Positions 61,701 to 64,000 of a stretch of DNA of 64,000 nucleotides are shown here, piece after piece (the first letter of the stretch is position 1; each line of letters starts with the position of its first letter). The translations under genes were made by a program, and so were the position numbers. Source of the stretch: Azolla caroliniana (Eukaryota > Plantae > Polypodiophyta); assembly GCA_043228905.1 (NCBI GenBank), contig JBHGNT010000011.1:8060001-8124000 (forward strand), written 5' to 3'. The notes beneath the pieces were generated by a model. The model was not told where the DNA came from and made no database searches. It worked only from the letters and a program-made list of their open reading frames with translations.

Positions 61701-62691
61701 TGCGGAAGAGAGTCATACCAATCTCGAGCACGACCATAGAATGTAGCTACCAACAAGGGCAACTTTTCGTTGTCGGTGATGCGTCCAATAGATATGGCAT
61801 GATGCTCAAAGCATGCCAAAAAGGCACCAGCATCTTGTGTTCTTTCACCCGAAAATGCAAATTGCATAGCTAAGTTAATGTAATATAGTAACACAATTAA
61901 ATGATAACTTCTCTTCCTATACGGAAAGGATCGACCCTCCCTGGAGCGCCAAAATGATAGGGTGTATAAGATAATAGATAGTTATACACTATATGAGGGC
62001 TTGACCAAACCGATTAGATGGAGTTGAAAATCATAATATATTATATAGCTCTAGGTAATTATGATTAGAGAGTATAACTCAAGAAACTAAGAAAAAAGAT
62101 AGAGAAAGCGAGCAAGAAATAAGAATGTTCTGATATTCCAACATCAAGAGAATACAAAGGAGACAAACTCCACATTAAAACCAAAGACCTTCCTCTTCTA
62201 AGACACTTCTTCCTAACACTCCTCATCCACTCTTTGGTCTTCACTCTTCGCCTCCTTCTCTTCGCCCCCTTCTCACTCATATTACTTCTTCTTTTATAAC
62301 CTTCCTCTTCTTATCCACGTTCATGCTATTTTTAGAAGCTTTTTATCTCCCTATTTTTAGCTATGACACATCAACCTTCTAATCGTCATATCTCCCTCAT
62401 CCGATATCCAAATTAAGCGATTTAAAAAGCTATAGAAAGCTCTTTTTACAAGCTTTCTAATCCATATTTAAACGTGATATTTGGATAAACAACGAGGGAG
62501 TTATGACCATTCTATTTTTACTGTTTTTTATAGTCTGCGTTTTCTCTTTTTACTTTTCTCTTGGTCTCGTACTTTTACTTTTGACTTCTTCCCTAAGGTC
62601 TTAGTTCGTGTTCTTATCCTCAAAAGGTGAATTATCTATACTTTATATTCTCCTAATGTTCAATGGCTTAGATTCTAAAAACACTTTCACA
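58771..62691 (-). mobile_element. Element H, young 3.9-kb non-autonomous gypsy-type element
   Basis: 737-bp LTRs 58771-59507 and 61955-62691, identical by eye; TSD cctgc/cctgc; PPT AAGGGGGAGGG 59513-59523; PBS TGGCGCTCCAGGGAGGG 61935-61951 (tRNA-Asn-like, tentative). Confidence 0.96.
59768..61894 (-). CDS. Gag-protease polyprotein with a vestigial RT tail (708 aa; first ATG at 61867)
   Basis: Uninterrupted ORF: GRARDWY capsid-like region, CYSCQEEGHSTRC, ALGDSGARVSLI, SPIVLVPKKN..NFKALN. No YxDD, RNase H or integrase. Confidence 0.9.
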   Translation of the reverse strand: MLLYYINLAMQFAFSGERTQDAGAFLACFEHHAISIGRITDNEKLPLLVATFYGRARDWYDSLPQNEQGEYQLLVHQFRTRYIQWKSATEVREELFQLKMESPFGFLEYERNFQELWTTWIRLRGGTEDEWFKIEQFKVGLDRHFRLEASLKDPTTFQALLQVCQDYDRQVKMMSSMGDPQMTALGANLMPRANFQALSSIVHGGQVFPNVYTTTTINPTSISQEVEQVKSEQDTMALVNRRFDEVMAHLQQSQAISNTIPDGGGSRGHQGVICYSCQEEGHSTRCPHRQQRGMERDMYEVQRNGQRPINNGVEGGESLTLPMTQVPTIPHNVNLLNFIDDSDSACEVALVKRTRASQKEKEVEGESSDSRQKKKSKENEKEDKLRRRHSRRKIKMKDIPMGEGVESFNRKHELISSGPRITWPQLLQLSSTLQNEWGRLVSICQSQKTVHYVGIMRVEDRKDIRPIIPVSIKGVHIKDALGDSGARVSLISEFVVNKVGIPISRSSSTRVVVVDSGVVHCTSIVEDVFIKCFGIRGEACNKYHINLKESVSISPKLRQLSVEQKEEFMQEFNAWLQESSNYKMEDLRCVSPIVLVPKKNEINFKALNDSTKRDEFSLPSRDEIVDKMVVYTKQGSVDNMLSQKGFHVDDSKINIITKMTIPTSLEALKVFVQKVRSLERFIYMLTCLLLSRVMYPMALLVFGALTKT

Positions 62692-63850
62692 CCTGCCTTC
62701 TCTGGCTAGCGGCCCCTCATCATTGCTTTCCGCCGTTCGTGTTAGTGCATGCTCAATCATTTGTTGTTCCGCGTGCTCCTCGGCCATCCGTTGTGAGACT
62801 TTTATTTGTTGTGTCGCCAAAAATTCCATGAGTTCGTAAGTAGTTCCGAACTGTAGCAGTGTGTCGAACTCATGGCTTGTGTCCGGAATGTCCAGATACT
62901 TTAGGACCTCTCTTTCCATCGTAAACACACATTTCCCCCGCTGTGACTGGGCCGTAATGATCAGTCGTGGTTCTCGGATTATTTCGAAAGTGGTGTTGGG
63001 CTCCGTAGTTGTGGAACTGTCGACCAAGGCGGTTGTCTTTGTGGCCGTGGTTGTGTCTTTAACTAATCCGCGCCATTTCGTCATTTCATCCTCGGGCTTT
63101 CCTGGCGTTGCTTGGCTTCCTGCACTTGCGGAGCTTCCTCCCTACTCTCCGGCCGTTCTCCCTGTGATGTCCGCGTGTTGGGTTGGGAAGATTGGGGTTC
63201 ATCCTCCCATTCCGTGGTAGCCAACTCCGCTAACCTCTATTTCACGAAACGTGGCGGCGGCGTGTGTTTGCTGGGTTGTGGTGTGGGCAGACCTCGGGGT
63301 GGAAATAGTATCGTTAGATACTGTTGTATGATTGGCCTTAACTTTTTGCCGCCTTGATACGCGTGAAGGCCATCCCGTAACGTTGGTCCCGTAATTACCC
63401 CCCAATCGACCGTGCGCCCTTCAAAGGTATCAATGATGATGCCTGCCTTCTGCTTTGGCATCCCATAGGCATTTACATGCACGCATTCTACCTCCAACAA
63501 GAACTTGGCTATTTCGTGAAAGAAGGGGTCAGGGATTTCCTTCGTCCTGTATGCTTTGGCGGATGTCGAATATGCCCCGAAATATCTCTGCAAGGTTTCC
63601 GCAGGAGGGATGTCGAAATGTCTTTCTCCAAGCGATGACAGGTCAAGCTTCTTCCAGATGGATGTGTTGGTGACCGTGTTTATATTGAGTTTCCTGGCAA
63701 TGTCCAAGGCTTTAGGGTGAGCAGGTGCCTCGGCAACTTTGATGTATCCATCCAGTCGCTTTTCGACGAGCCATCTACGCAAGGCGGCAGAAATAGGGAT
63801 CGACATCGTAGGTGGGTGAGACTTGTGGGTAGTGTTAGTGGGTGAGGTAT

Positions 63851-64000
63851 TGTAAAAGAATACGTTGTGCGGAAGCGTGTGCGAAAACACAGAGTACACA
63901 GTTTGGAGGAATAAGACAATTCAATAAAATGCAGAGATGGAGATGGAGATGGAGAGAGAGAGAGAGAGAGCAGATAACAGAAAACTCAGATTCAAAATAA
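63851..64000 (-). repeat. Element B 3' LTR (inverted, runs off the window)
   Basis: Reverse complement of ~6561-6701; followed in element sense by TSD atacc. Confidence 0.92.

Larger units (their letters stand above)
57700..63806 (-). pseudogene. A extra ORF 3' of pol, split by H
   Basis: MSIPISAALRRWL..YFGAYS..VDWGVITG at 63806 downward; coiled coil at 58097-58450. The 3' end is approximate. Confidence 0.75.

Noticed and set aside
63237-63899. 220-aa ORF as a host gene
   Set aside because: Its first part derives from the B LTR and the rest is the extra ORF of A, which has a homologue in Z.

Overview
The window is essentially all nested LTR-retrotransposon DNA, probably from a land-plant genome (the protein style suggests a seed-free plant, which is inference). 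I found no host gene, rRNA or CRISPR. About 14 insertions can be delimited from TG..CA LTR ends, target-site duplications (TSDs), primer-binding sites (PBS) and polypurine tracts (PPT). I label them A-L and Z, plus two unlettered solo LTRs. They comprise non-chromoviral Ty3/gypsy elements (Z, A, E; non-autonomous F, G, H), Ty1/copia elements (B, I, K, L, solo J) and a divergent gypsy group with 4-bp TSDs and a tRNA-Trp PBS (C, D, probably two solo LTRs). Nesting reaches five levels (Z>A>B>C>D). Matching TSDs and continuing reading frames on opposite strands show that everything right of 24829/24830 is inverted relative to the left part. The main discovery candidate concerns four elements with different LTRs (Z, A, F, G) that have no PPT. 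In its place, 2 nt before the 3' LTR, sits a covarying bulged hairpin followed by an 11-nt reverse complement of the PBS ending in CCA. This tRNA-Arg 3'-end mimic suggests a non-canonical plus-strand priming mechanism. Other leads: a second retropepsin fused after integrase (E), tRNA-type A/B boxes inside LTRs, CpG-centred 4-bp target sites, and a very young Gag-protease element with an eroded RT (H). All alignments were done by eye.
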